Shown piece by piece: positions 9,482 through 18,164 of a stretch of DNA of 64,000 bases. The position numbers were made by a program, and so were the translations under genes. The DNA lies in sequence record NC_041975.1, one strand, 5' to 3'. Position 1 is the stretch's first letter. Each line of letters starts with the position of its first letter. The notes under the pieces are model-generated. The model saw nothing but the letters and a program-made list of their open reading frames with translations, had not been told where the DNA came from and searched no databases.

Positions 9482-11049
9482 AAAAAAACCCGTGCTACGT
9501 TCAGCGGGGTGTACGCAGGGAAGGTGTTGCTAACCAGCGGTTGACGCGCCTGGCAGTTCGGGCATTTCCAACGCGGTACTGCGACCACACCGACCGTTAC
9601 CCGGTTGATGAACTTGTTCAGCTCTTCAAAGAACGGTTTACGCATATCCGGGGTTGCACTGAATTGCTTCAGCAGCAATGCCACGTCATCGGCCGACTCA
9701 ACATAGTTGCCATCGTTGAACTCGATCTTGGTCACCCAGTGGGCGTAACCACGCATGGAGGACAGCGCTGCCTGTTTGTTGATGTGCTGCTCACGCTGCT
9801 CACGCGTCATGCTGTCGTTGAAGCTGTCGGTGATCGCTTGTTGAATGCCGTTGATCCAGGCATAACCCGCTGCATTCTTATCTTCGAGTGATGGCACCCG
9901 CAGATAGAACTTCACATCTTTCACAGTGATGACATTGTCTTTCATCACTTCAAAGCCGGTCTGATAGGCAATGACCTGCTCGACGGTACGGCCGCTGAAG
10001 TGAGACATGTGCGCACGCTGGGTTGGTGACAGGCGATTGTTGTCAATGATCGACAGACGAGAGACGTTAACTTTCGCTGCTTCAACATGCACACACTTCT
10101 TCGGATCGGCGGCACAGGCAGTAACCATGTGGTAGCCAGACTTAAAGCGTGCACCCAGGTAGGCGTTAGCGATCAGATCGAGATCCTGCTCTTTGATTAA
10201 CGGCAGCAGGGTTTTCTTATCGGAGACACCGATGCTGCTGTCGGTGACCATACCCAGCAGGAAGTCAGTCATGTGTTTACGCACCACGACATCCAGGTTG
10301 TTAAACACCAGACCGTTGGTACGACGACCGAGGATCGCTTTCTCAGCCATGATGGCGGTTTGCATATCCACAAACTCATCATCACCGGCAATCAGCAACG
10401 TAACCCAGATACCAGAATGTGGCAGCGGCAGATGGACATAGTCACCCATGTTCATCACACCACGTGCCCGCATCACTGCCTGTGGACCGGTCAGCAGTTT
10501 AGTACCTTCGGTACTGCGCTTCACTGGCGGGCGAGAAACACCCTGCACTTTGTTGCTGTCAAGCAGAATACCCTGCAGCCACTGCGCGCCATCTTGACGA
10601 ATGGTCAGGTTCAGACCAGAACGGTACGACAGGTTGGTGATGGCGTTACTGGCCAGGGATAGCCAGATCATCGCTTTATCAGCACCGTACAGACTGACGA
10701 TCTCTTTTAAGATCTTCTTGTCTTCGGTGTTGGTGTCGATCTCATTGATCAGCGCCGTCGCTGCATCGTAATCCTGATGCATAATAGACAGCACACCTTC
10801 CGTGCCGACATCCTCCATGGAATTCAGCTTTTCAATGATCGGGTTCTGATAGAGCGGATCGAACGCCTGCTCAACGGCTTCAACTTCAGGTGCTTCAGCT
10901 TCGCCCTGTTGGCCGGTTTCTGCTGGCTCGGGATCGGTGCCAATAGTACCAGTAGTCGCCGGACGGCCTGGATCAACTTCAGGAATACCAGAATGGTTTT
11001 CTTCAACAGGCTCTTGCTGTGACAGAATGGATGGGTTATCACCGGACAT
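9430..11049 (-). CDS. putative tail/baseplate assembly chaperone (T4 gp26/gp51-like; phiKZ gp77 position)
   Basis: DLDLIANAYLGARF...CAADPKKC...KVNV...FYLRVPSLED and C-terminal WKCPNC resemble the T4 gp26-type pattern. The N-terminus is acidic and disordered. Confidence 0.6.
   Translation of the reverse strand: MSGDNPSILSQQEPVEENHSGIPEVDPGRPATTGTIGTDPEPAETGQQGEAEAPEVEAVEQAFDPLYQNPIIEKLNSMEDVGTEGVLSIMHQDYDAATALINEIDTNTEDKKILKEIVSLYGADKAMIWLSLASNAITNLSYRSGLNLTIRQDGAQWLQGILLDSNKVQGVSRPPVKRSTEGTKLLTGPQAVMRARGVMNMGDYVHLPLPHSGIWVTLLIAGDDEFVDMQTAIMAEKAILGRRTNGLVFNNLDVVVRKHMTDFLLGMVTDSSIGVSDKKTLLPLIKEQDLDLIANAYLGARFKSGYHMVTACAADPKKCVHVEAAKVNVSRLSIIDNNRLSPTQRAHMSHFSGRTVEQVIAYQTGFEVMKDNVITVKDVKFYLRVPSLEDKNAAGYAWINGIQQAITDSFNDSMTREQREQHINKQAALSSMRGYAHWVTKIEFNDGNYVESADDVALLLKQFSATPDMRKPFFEELNKFINRVTVGVVAVPRWKCPNCQARQPLVSNTFPAYTPLNVARVFFTLMTNTLNQTFDQADI
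9481..9491 (-). other. slippery site for -1 ribosomal frameshift
   Basis: The minus strand reads CGG GTT TTT TTT ACC, giving an in-frame U UUU UUU heptamer 16 codons before the stop. Confidence 0.75.
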
Positions 11050-11066
11050 TATGCTTATCCTTACCT

Positions 11067-11534
11067 TTACTTTTTAGTGGGGTCGACCTGAACCGGGTCA
11101 TTGAGTTTGCTTGCTGCGCCAGCGGCAACCGCGTTAGCATGGGCGCTGTCTGACATGGTCAGAATGGCAGCACCGTGACGTTGCATCGCATCCAGCAATT
11201 TACTCTGCAGGACGATGTATTGTTCGTGCACACTGAGGAAGTCAGCGATGGTGCTGTCATGCAAGGCATAGCCGGTTTTGCCTTGATGCTGCTGCTTGAT
11301 CATCGGCAGTGTTTCATCGATCTCTTTGACTACAGCCAGCGCCGCTTCGATGTGCGAGCTTAACGCAGAGGGGTTTGGCTGAAAGCGAATGATGTTGGTG
11401 TTGACGGCCATGAGGCAAGTGTTGCTCAGCTCATTGCGCAAATTAATCGTATAAGTTGCCGCAGAATCCAGGTACTCCCAGAACTGATCGGGCTGATGGA
11501 CCTCTGGTGCGAGAGGCGGTTCATTGGTTGACAT
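11067..11534 (-). CDS. hypothetical protein
   Basis: 155 aa with an AAGGA RBS, cotranscribed with the chaperone. Confidence 0.75.
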   Translation of the reverse strand: MSTNEPPLAPEVHQPDQFWEYLDSAATYTINLRNELSNTCLMAVNTNIIRFQPNPSALSSHIEAALAVVKEIDETLPMIKQQHQGKTGYALHDSTIADFLSVHEQYIVLQSKLLDAMQRHGAAILTMSDSAHANAVAAGAASKLNDPVQVDPTKK

Positions 11535-11574
11535 AACGGGTCCTTGAGGTGATTTATCTTGTGGCTTACATATA

Positions 11575-11593
11575 TTGACACTACTAATGTCAA
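11575..11593. promoter_or_regulatory. inverted repeat in divergent intergenic region
   Basis: TTGACA-CTACTAA-TGTCAA lies between divergent genes. Confidence 0.45.
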
Positions 11594-11626
11594 CAATTAC
11601 AACGTTTATACGGAAAAGGCACGGTC

Positions 11627-12538
11627 ATGAGTGATTTTACTGACTTAACGAAATTGAAGACCGAATTACCACAAAACATCCAAAAGATTGATGAGCAGGA
11701 TGATGTGGGTGACTTCAGCGATCTTAACGACTACCTCATGACCATCATTCCGGATGAACGGCGTGAGCGCTTGATCGCGATCTGTCAAAACTTGAGCACC
11801 CTGCAGTATCATCAAGTCCAGCCCGATGTGGATCGGTTACTGATGATGGCTAACGACGGTGAAGCACCTTCGGTACTCGATGACTTGACCCGGTTGTTAT
11901 TTGAACACGCTTATGACTTAACGAAAAACATGGGCTTTAACTGGGCTGATGAGATTGAGTTTGATCAGCTGTTCCTGCTCGGCGATGTAATCGAAGGCGC
12001 CATGTTGATTGATGGCATGGAAGACTACGGCGACCTCTCAGCGATCCTGGATGGTGATGACTCAGTTGAAGAGAAGGTGGTGGATATCTGGGGCCTGGTG
12101 CTCGACAAAGACATGCACCATCTCTTTGAACAGATCCAATCCATCGAACCGGCGGTGATCAGCGGGATCAAACAAGTCACGACCCGACCGTATGCCGAAG
12201 ACGATTATGCGGATGTACAGCGCCCACTTGAGTTCGTGGTTGAGCGCTTGGTGAAAGTCCGTGAAATGATGAAGACCGATGGCATCGCTTACCAGCACGT
12301 GGCCAAGGGTGGTGCCTTAGGCGTTGAGCTCGATTCACTGATCACGCTCTACACCCCTGAGTTGAATGCCGTGACCGATCCGATCGAACTGACGGACCTG
12401 CTGGTTGCCTTTACCCTGATCAGCAACACCCCAGATGGTTTGGTGAAATCCACCGCATCCCGGCTGGCAGAAAAATGGATTGATGATATCGAAGTCATCA
12501 ATGTGGTAGGTAAACATATCGACAGGTATCCCGTGTGA
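11627..12538 (+). CDS. conserved jumbo-phage protein (phiKZ gp79 position)
   Basis: 303-aa acidic ORF coupled to the RNAP subunit gene. Confidence 0.7.
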   Translation: MSDFTDLTKLKTELPQNIQKIDEQDDVGDFSDLNDYLMTIIPDERRERLIAICQNLSTLQYHQVQPDVDRLLMMANDGEAPSVLDDLTRLLFEHAYDLTKNMGFNWADEIEFDQLFLLGDVIEGAMLIDGMEDYGDLSAILDGDDSVEEKVVDIWGLVLDKDMHHLFEQIQSIEPAVISGIKQVTTRPYAEDDYADVQRPLEFVVERLVKVREMMKTDGIAYQHVAKGGALGVELDSLITLYTPELNAVTDPIELTDLLVAFTLISNTPDGLVKSTASRLAEKWIDDIEVINVVGKHIDRYPV

Positions 12539-13845
12539 ATATTCGCGACTATTTAATCATGGCCTTTCGGGCAGGGGCTTACAAGCAACGCCAGTGGGTG
12601 TTGAGTGTCATGAGTATCACCCAGACCCCGGATGGTAAATCCGTAGCAGACAGTATGATCCCGTATCAGGCACACCGCATCAACATCGGCGCGACCCTTG
12701 ATTGGGCCTACTGGGACGACTTCAACAAAACCTTTGTGCCGATTGAGGGAGTGGATGTTAACTTCCCGTTGTTTCGACCCGAGGATCAATACACACTACA
12801 ACCTGGGGATTTCGCCAATGTCACTGAAGAAGTTACTACTACTTTCGGCCGTATTCTGGCTAACCATTATTATTTTATCGATGTGGTCGGTGAACGTGTC
12901 CCCTTTCAGAACGTAGAATTCAACCGCGGGATGCTGGAGAAGATCTACAAGGCCCGGGTATTAGAAGATGCCCAGGACTTGCGGCGCTCTGATCCGTTCT
13001 ACCTGACCGTTGATGAATTCAAACGCTCAGTGGATAATGGCTTTGCCTTGGGTGGGTTGTCGAAACTTTGTGTGCCGACTGCTTGTCCGGAAACCATGTA
13101 TCCGCCGAAGTTCATCATCGAGATGCGTGACCGTCTGTTTGAAGAACACAAGGATGAGCTCAACAACCCGGTCGTCATGGGACGTATTCAGGATGAGCTG
13201 TTAAAGCACTACCGTGAGTTCCTAATGTCCACCCCGTCAGCCAAGTTCTTTGTGATCAAGAAGACCATCGACCAGGCCTTCAACAACATGTTCTTGACCG
13301 GTGGTATTGCGGGGGCTTTTGGTGGCAACACGGTTATTACCAACTCGCTGTACGAAGGCTGGAACCTGAAGAACTTCCCAGCGTTAGTGAATGGCTCTAT
13401 CGAAGCTTCCTTTGACCGTGGTGCAGCTACAGCTGATGGCGGCGAGAAAGTGAAGATGTTGATCCGTGCCACGCAGAACATCCGTATCACCGATGATGAT
13501 TGCGGAACCCAGCTCGGGGTGCCGTGGGTGATTGAAGATGCCGGCAAGGCACGCTTCATTAACTCTTACATACTGGATAAGGGTGTGACGATCCTGTTAA
13601 CCCCGGAGAACATCGATAAGTTCGTCGGCAAGCCAGTCATGACCCGGTCACCTAGCTTCTGTAAGAAATCCCATGGCGACTCCTGTAAGTTCTGTGTCGG
13701 TGCGCATAACGCCACCAACCCACGCGGGATGTCTTCCGGTACCTCGAAGATCGGTTCTACCCTGATGCTCTTGAGCATGAAAGCGATGCATAAAGGCAGT
13801 AAGATCGATCTGATCGAGTATAACCTTGATGAGGTATTTAACTGA
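12535..13845 (+). CDS. rpoC: split RNA polymerase beta' subunit, C-terminal fragment (virion RNAP, phiKZ gp80-like)
   Basis: Bridge-helix region DRGAATADGGEKVKMLIRATQNIRITDDDCGT, Zn site RSPSFC-x6-CKFC, and trigger loop SKIGSTLMLLSMKAMH. There is no NADFDGD motif, consistent with a split gene. Confidence 0.88.
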   Translation: MNIRDYLIMAFRAGAYKQRQWVLSVMSITQTPDGKSVADSMIPYQAHRINIGATLDWAYWDDFNKTFVPIEGVDVNFPLFRPEDQYTLQPGDFANVTEEVTTTFGRILANHYYFIDVVGERVPFQNVEFNRGMLEKIYKARVLEDAQDLRRSDPFYLTVDEFKRSVDNGFALGGLSKLCVPTACPETMYPPKFIIEMRDRLFEEHKDELNNPVVMGRIQDELLKHYREFLMSTPSAKFFVIKKTIDQAFNNMFLTGGIAGAFGGNTVITNSLYEGWNLKNFPALVNGSIEASFDRGAATADGGEKVKMLIRATQNIRITDDDCGTQLGVPWVIEDAGKARFINSYILDKGVTILLTPENIDKFVGKPVMTRSPSFCKKSHGDSCKFCVGAHNATNPRGMSSGTSKIGSTLMLLSMKAMHKGSKIDLIEYNLDEVFN

Positions 13846-13854
13846 GGATATCTG

Positions 13855-13867
13855 AAACCTACATTAT
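13855..13867 (+). promoter_or_regulatory. candidate early phage promoter
   Basis: AAACCTACATTAT, 32 bp upstream of the first island gene. Confidence 0.55.
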
Positions 13868-13899
13868 AAGAGGGAGATAACTTTTATAAGGAACGTACC

Positions 13900-14616
13900 A
13901 TGTATGGTTTATTAATCCTCGCCTTGCCTCAGTCACCGTACGTCCACATGAGTGCGATGACTGCGGACAGGTTTACTGAACTGCTCCCACAACTCCAGAA
14001 AGAGCTCGATGCAGATATCTTTCCTAATGTGTGTTTCCAGGGTGCATTCAATGTCAGTAATACCCGTACGGTCACTCAGCTGTTTATTCCGTGTAGCGGA
14101 TTGGTGGCGGCACGGGAGTTGGGGTATGAACAGATCCGCAATATTCTCGCCAACCCAGAGAAGGAAGTCCAGCATGTCACCAACATCGGTGATTGGCTGG
14201 GTATTCCTGGTAAGGTGATGTTTGATAATGCGGATGGATCTGTGGATGAGGTCGTTGTGACTGACATGTACAAATATCTGGTACATGAAAGAAGAGAGCG
14301 CTCTGTCTTTCGGTTCAGTCCTATTGATCTTAGTATAACCGATACCGAACCATTACCAACTCACCTCTACCCACGTGATCATTTCTACGACCAGGTCTAC
14401 CTCGATAAAGACGGTGAGCGTGCTTTCCTGTCTTACGGGTCGTGCGGTGAGGAAGGTTGTGTCATAGAACCCAGAGAAGAGAAACCCGTGCAAGTGTACG
14501 GCGTTACCTACTCGTCACTGGATGAAGTGGCCCGATGCTATAACCTGCCTGAGCAGTACGTGAAAGAACGCGTTGAGTCTGACAGCCTTGAATGGCTGGA
14601 GTGGTCATACTTGTAA
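13900..14616 (+). CDS. hypothetical protein with C-terminal HTH-like domain; paralog of 18165..18947
   Basis: Shares TNIGDWL and VTD-x-x-KYL with the paralog. C-terminus is VQVYGVTYSSLDEVARCYNLPEQYVKERVES...W. Confidence 0.75.
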   Translation: MYGLLILALPQSPYVHMSAMTADRFTELLPQLQKELDADIFPNVCFQGAFNVSNTRTVTQLFIPCSGLVAARELGYEQIRNILANPEKEVQHVTNIGDWLGIPGKVMFDNADGSVDEVVVTDMYKYLVHERRERSVFRFSPIDLSITDTEPLPTHLYPRDHFYDQVYLDKDGERAFLSYGSCGEEGCVIEPREEKPVQVYGVTYSSLDEVARCYNLPEQYVKERVESDSLEWLEWSYL

Positions 14617-14744
14617 AAGTATTTGGGGATGAGACGCAGAGCTGATTCCCATCTACGGTAAGTTGTTCAAGGAAGCAGCAAACCGGTTATAAAAAATGAA
14701 AGGGTTTTCGTAAGATAGTCAGTGCTCCGTACCCGAGACAATAC

Positions 14745-14942
14745 ATGACCACAAACCCGCAGTTTATTTTCGTGGCTCAGAATTCTGATGCTACACACAG
14801 CGTAGAGAAACTGGAAGTAGGACGCGATACCGATACCCAGAAGAACCTCACGGAACTTCGTAAAGGTTTGCCGTTCGACTTCTCGTTTATCATGTCTGAA
14901 GAGGCGATCTATCAACTTCGACAGGCAGGGCACATCAACTAA
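14745..14942 (+). CDS. small hypothetical protein
   Basis: 65-aa ORF directly upstream of the Tad2-like gene. Confidence 0.55.
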   Translation: MTTNPQFIFVAQNSDATHSVEKLEVGRDTDTQKNLTELRKGLPFDFSFIMSEEAIYQLRQAGHIN

Positions 14943-14957
14943 ACTGCTGAGGTAGTC

Positions 14958-15410
14958 ATGACGAACAAATCGGAGATCTCACACGGTGGTGGTGATCAGC
15001 CTATGGAAAAAGAGCAAAGCAACTTATCCGTACTGGTGAACTACTCCACAGGTGTGATGGAAGGTGACCGTTTTAATTACTCGGTTGCATTGGCGCTGTT
15101 GAAAGACGGCATCAAAGTGAAACGCGAAGACTGGAAGAACGCTTTCCTGGTGTTCGTCCCGGGTAGTCAGAATGTTGAACTGCCAAAAGGGTCGCCGTAT
15201 GAAGTCGCACTCCACGGTAAGAAGTCCGTTGCCAATATTCGTCCGCACATCGATCTGTACACGGAGTACGGTGAATTCGAAGTCGGTTGGACAGCCAACC
15301 AGGAAGACACCAACGCCGATGACTGGATGATTGTCTTAGACAAGAACACCAATCAAGACGACAGTGCCGACGAAGAGAAAGAGTCCTCAAACGACGACTC
15401 GAAGTCATAA
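14958..15410 (+). CDS. tad2: DUF2829 / Tad2-like anti-defence nucleotide sponge
   Basis: YSVALALLKDGIKVKREDW...FLVFVPG...RPHIDLYT...WTANQEDTNADDW matches the DUF2829 pattern (F..AL..LK.G.KV.R.GW ... W.ASQ.D.LA.DW). Confidence 0.8.
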   Translation: MTNKSEISHGGGDQPMEKEQSNLSVLVNYSTGVMEGDRFNYSVALALLKDGIKVKREDWKNAFLVFVPGSQNVELPKGSPYEVALHGKKSVANIRPHIDLYTEYGEFEVGWTANQEDTNADDWMIVLDKNTNQDDSADEEKESSNDDSKS

Positions 15411-15415
15411 ACTCC

Positions 15416-15443
15416 AGGAGAGCTTCGGCTCTCCTTTTATGCC
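15416..15443 (+). terminator. hairpin-TTTATGCC element
   Basis: AGGAGAGC-TTCG-GCTCTCCT followed by TTTATGCC. Confidence 0.8.
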
Positions 15444-15459
15444 CATTAAGGAACATGTC

Positions 15460-15819
15460 ATGAGTGAAAAGAAAGCGTTCGAAGTGGTATTAGACAGTCG
15501 TCATGAACCGTACGAGGCTTACCAGTTATTAGTGGCGCGTATCAATACGTTATTACGCACCGGTCAAAGCTACCATGAAGTGAAACTCACGAAATGGCAG
15601 CTTTACGATAACGGTCTTCTTATCAAAGGAGATGATGATGTGCATATCTCCTTGTTGCGTCATTTCTATTACGATAAGCAACGCAATACGTTTGGTGGTG
15701 GCTTCATGGCCTTTGAAATCCTGGAAGATCTGGGCCGGTATTACAAAGTGTCCGATATCACAGAAGGGATGAGCGAGAACGTTGGCCTCGTCTTCACGGT
15801 CACGGTAACCACACCATAA
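15460..15819 (+). CDS. TAW-family paralog 1
   Basis: ATG 15460 follows AAGGA. Motif VKLTKWQLYDNGLLIKGDD. Confidence 0.75.
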   Translation: MSEKKAFEVVLDSRHEPYEAYQLLVARINTLLRTGQSYHEVKLTKWQLYDNGLLIKGDDDVHISLLRHFYYDKQRNTFGGGFMAFEILEDLGRYYKVSDITEGMSENVGLVFTVTVTTP

Positions 15820-15825
15820 GAGGTT

Positions 15826-16194
15826 GTGATGAAACCACTCTTCGCCATGAAGTTTGATACCCGGGATGCGGGATTAGGGGATCAGCTCGATCTCTTGCAA
15901 TCACGGGTTAAGGCTTACTCTAAACACGGCACCATGATCAAGGATGTGGCGGTGACGGCCTGGGTGGTCTGTTCGGATAACATGCCGGTTGCCGGTGATG
16001 ACCCTGCTCATGTCAGCATTATTCACCGTTACCGTTACGACATCGAACAGCAATGTGTGGTCGGTGGGGTCAGTGCCATGGATGCTCTGCGTGAGATCTG
16101 GTCGGCGTATGGTCCTGACTCTACCCTCCCGCCGTTCAGCCGGATACCCGGTGCTGTCGATATGCAATTTACCTTAACTGTATTCACTATTTAA
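15826..16194 (+). CDS. TAW-family paralog 2
   Basis: Motif VAVTAWVVCSDNMPVAGDD; GAGG RBS. Confidence 0.75.
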   Translation: MMKPLFAMKFDTRDAGLGDQLDLLQSRVKAYSKHGTMIKDVAVTAWVVCSDNMPVAGDDPAHVSIIHRYRYDIEQQCVVGGVSAMDALREIWSAYGPDSTLPPFSRIPGAVDMQFTLTVFTI

Positions 16195-16207
16195 AGGAGA
16201 TACCCGT

Positions 16208-16600
16208 ATGGGAGTTTCTACTGCTGCTGCTCGTCGTTCTAAAGAAGGGGTGTTTACCCGGAGTATTGAAGTGCGTCATGATCACTGGAAACGCGATATC
16301 ACTGATCTAGGATTGGATGTCCATAACCTGGTGTTGTGCAAGCAGGAGATCGTGTCAGTGACCATCACCGCCTGGCGGGCGTATGATGAGTGCGGTGTAC
16401 TGCGCGGCAGTGCCAAAGAGTTGAAGTTAGACATTACGGAATGGTTCCTCGGTGACAAAGGCCCGGTCATTAATGATGCGATCAAACCCCTCACGCTTGC
16501 CTTCATCATTAATCAACAACGCAGCCAACGCACGCCCTGGGTAAAAGATGTCCGCTTAGGGCTTAACCTGTCCATTGTCTACAAGAGGATTCAGCAATAA
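16208..16600 (+). CDS. TAW-family paralog 3
   Basis: Motif VTITAWRAYDECGVLRGSA; AAGGAG RBS. Confidence 0.75.
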   Translation: MGVSTAAARRSKEGVFTRSIEVRHDHWKRDITDLGLDVHNLVLCKQEIVSVTITAWRAYDECGVLRGSAKELKLDITEWFLGDKGPVINDAIKPLTLAFIINQQRSQRTPWVKDVRLGLNLSIVYKRIQQ

Positions 16601-16944
16601 TGGAAATTGTCCACCAACTCGATCTTAGCCACGGCTGGGAACCCTTCAACCGCCTGAAAGCCGCCTTTGCCAAGAAACCCCCGGAGGCGATCTACATCAC
16701 TGCCTGGGTCGCTCATGGCTATAAAGGAAACCTCATCGGTGATGAGCAAGTGGTGAAAGGGTCGTGTCAGGAGTGCCGGATTGATGTGACCCACATCTTC
16801 TTTCCCAGTCGGCCTGAGATCTTGATTGGTTTGTCGAGCTTCATTAACACCATTAATCGTGACGGGTCGGTGAAGATCCCGGCCTGGACCGGATCGATTA
16901 CTCTTTGTCTTGAATTAGCAATAAGTTATACGGATAGAATTTAA
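16600..16944 (+). CDS. TAW-family paralog 4
   Basis: Motif IYITAWVAHGYKGNLIGDE; TAATG overlap. Confidence 0.75.
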   Translation: MEIVHQLDLSHGWEPFNRLKAAFAKKPPEAIYITAWVAHGYKGNLIGDEQVVKGSCQECRIDVTHIFFPSRPEILIGLSSFINTINRDGSVKIPAWTGSITLCLELAISYTDRI

Positions 16945-17051
16945 TCGGCATATATTCTGTCTCGTTAGCGTAAGCTCGCTAAAAACCCTTTTAAAGTTTT
17001 GTATAACAAACTATCAACTTTGTAGAAAGAAACAAATAGGAAATTAATCTC

Positions 17052-17762
17052 ATGTTGCATGAAAACTTTGAAGCCTTAGTGGCGAACATCGCCAACCAAA
17101 TCAATCAGCTGGAACCAGAGGATCTACCGTCACTGATCCTGACCAAGAGCGGGGTCTACATCAACGACAAGCGACACGATCGCACTCGTCTACTGCTGAA
17201 CCTGTTTACCCCACAGCCCGGGCACACGCATGACGTGACCTTCGATCAAGAGCTGCAGGATGCTTTCGCTCACAACAACCTGGAGTTTATCAAAGTCGGT
17301 GAGGGGATCGCCTACGGACTACTGCGTACCAGTATCGTTAACAACGAACCCGCGGTGTTCTGGATTCACGCTGATGTCTCCGATGATGCATCGTTACTGA
17401 AGCAGGCCTGGGATATCATCACCGACCTGAAGAAGAATGCGGGCTACCCTCTGGCGTTCAATATCGATGTGCTTGACGTAAGCTGGGATGCGTTGAGCTG
17501 GGTACAACTGCTGGGGACTTTGCTTGATCGCACTGACCCGACACGCCGGTTTCGTTTGGCAACTAACACCGACTACGATTTTGTGTTATCCCAGAAAGCC
17601 ATCACGTACTATCAGGAGACGTTGAGTAAACGTCCGATGGCACCGGTTGCTTACCTCGATGACACTAACTTGTTTAACGGTGGCGACTTTAACGACAGTG
17701 ATCGCAACTGGGCAATCGCCCCGAACGACAGCACCCGCCCTATCGTGAAGGTGTATGTTTAA
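17052..17762 (+). CDS. hypothetical protein
   Basis: 236 aa with an AGGA RBS. Confidence 0.75.
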   Translation: MLHENFEALVANIANQINQLEPEDLPSLILTKSGVYINDKRHDRTRLLLNLFTPQPGHTHDVTFDQELQDAFAHNNLEFIKVGEGIAYGLLRTSIVNNEPAVFWIHADVSDDASLLKQAWDIITDLKKNAGYPLAFNIDVLDVSWDALSWVQLLGTLLDRTDPTRRFRLATNTDYDFVLSQKAITYYQETLSKRPMAPVAYLDDTNLFNGGDFNDSDRNWAIAPNDSTRPIVKVYV

Positions 17763-17820
17763 ATAAACACAAGCTCCAGATGGTATACTTGGAAACATTT
17801 ATTGATCTGGAGCCCCAGCC

Positions 17821-18120
17821 ATGCAAAACAATGACGATGTGGTGCCGATGCACTATAACCACAACGTGGACATGAACAACCCGCTCGACGTGGATGAAGA
17901 GGCGTTAAAGGTTCGCTTCGCCGCACGCCTGTGCAGCTTCCTTGATCTTGCCGAGCAACTGAATAAGGATGACTTAACCCAAAACGATATCAGTCAGTTC
18001 ACCGTCGGTATCGTAAACTTAGTGTGTGACTCAATGGGCAGTAGTCCCAAACGAGACCTTTACAGGAGACAGATGGTTGACAAACTTGAACCTGTTCTGT
18101 CGAGGCATCTGATTAAATAG
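17821..18120 (+). CDS. hypothetical protein carrying repeat copy 2
   Basis: 99 aa with a GGAG RBS. Contains QNDISQFTV. Confidence 0.7.
   Translation: MQNNDDVVPMHYNHNVDMNNPLDVDEEALKVRFAARLCSFLDLAEQLNKDDLTQNDISQFTVGIVNLVCDSMGSSPKRDLYRRQMVDKLEPVLSRHLIK
17978..18005 (+). repeat. 28-bp exact direct repeat, copy 2
   Basis: Identical to 3701-3728. Confidence 0.9.
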
Positions 18121-18164
18121 TCGGAGGCGTGACGGAACGCGACTACATTGCAGTATAAAAGGAT

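Noticed and set aside
3701-18005. The 28-bp repeat or the hairpin family as a CRISPR array
   Set aside because: There are only two exact copies, 14 kb apart and inside ORFs. The hairpins are dispersed and vary in sequence, and there is no repeat-spacer periodicity or cas gene.
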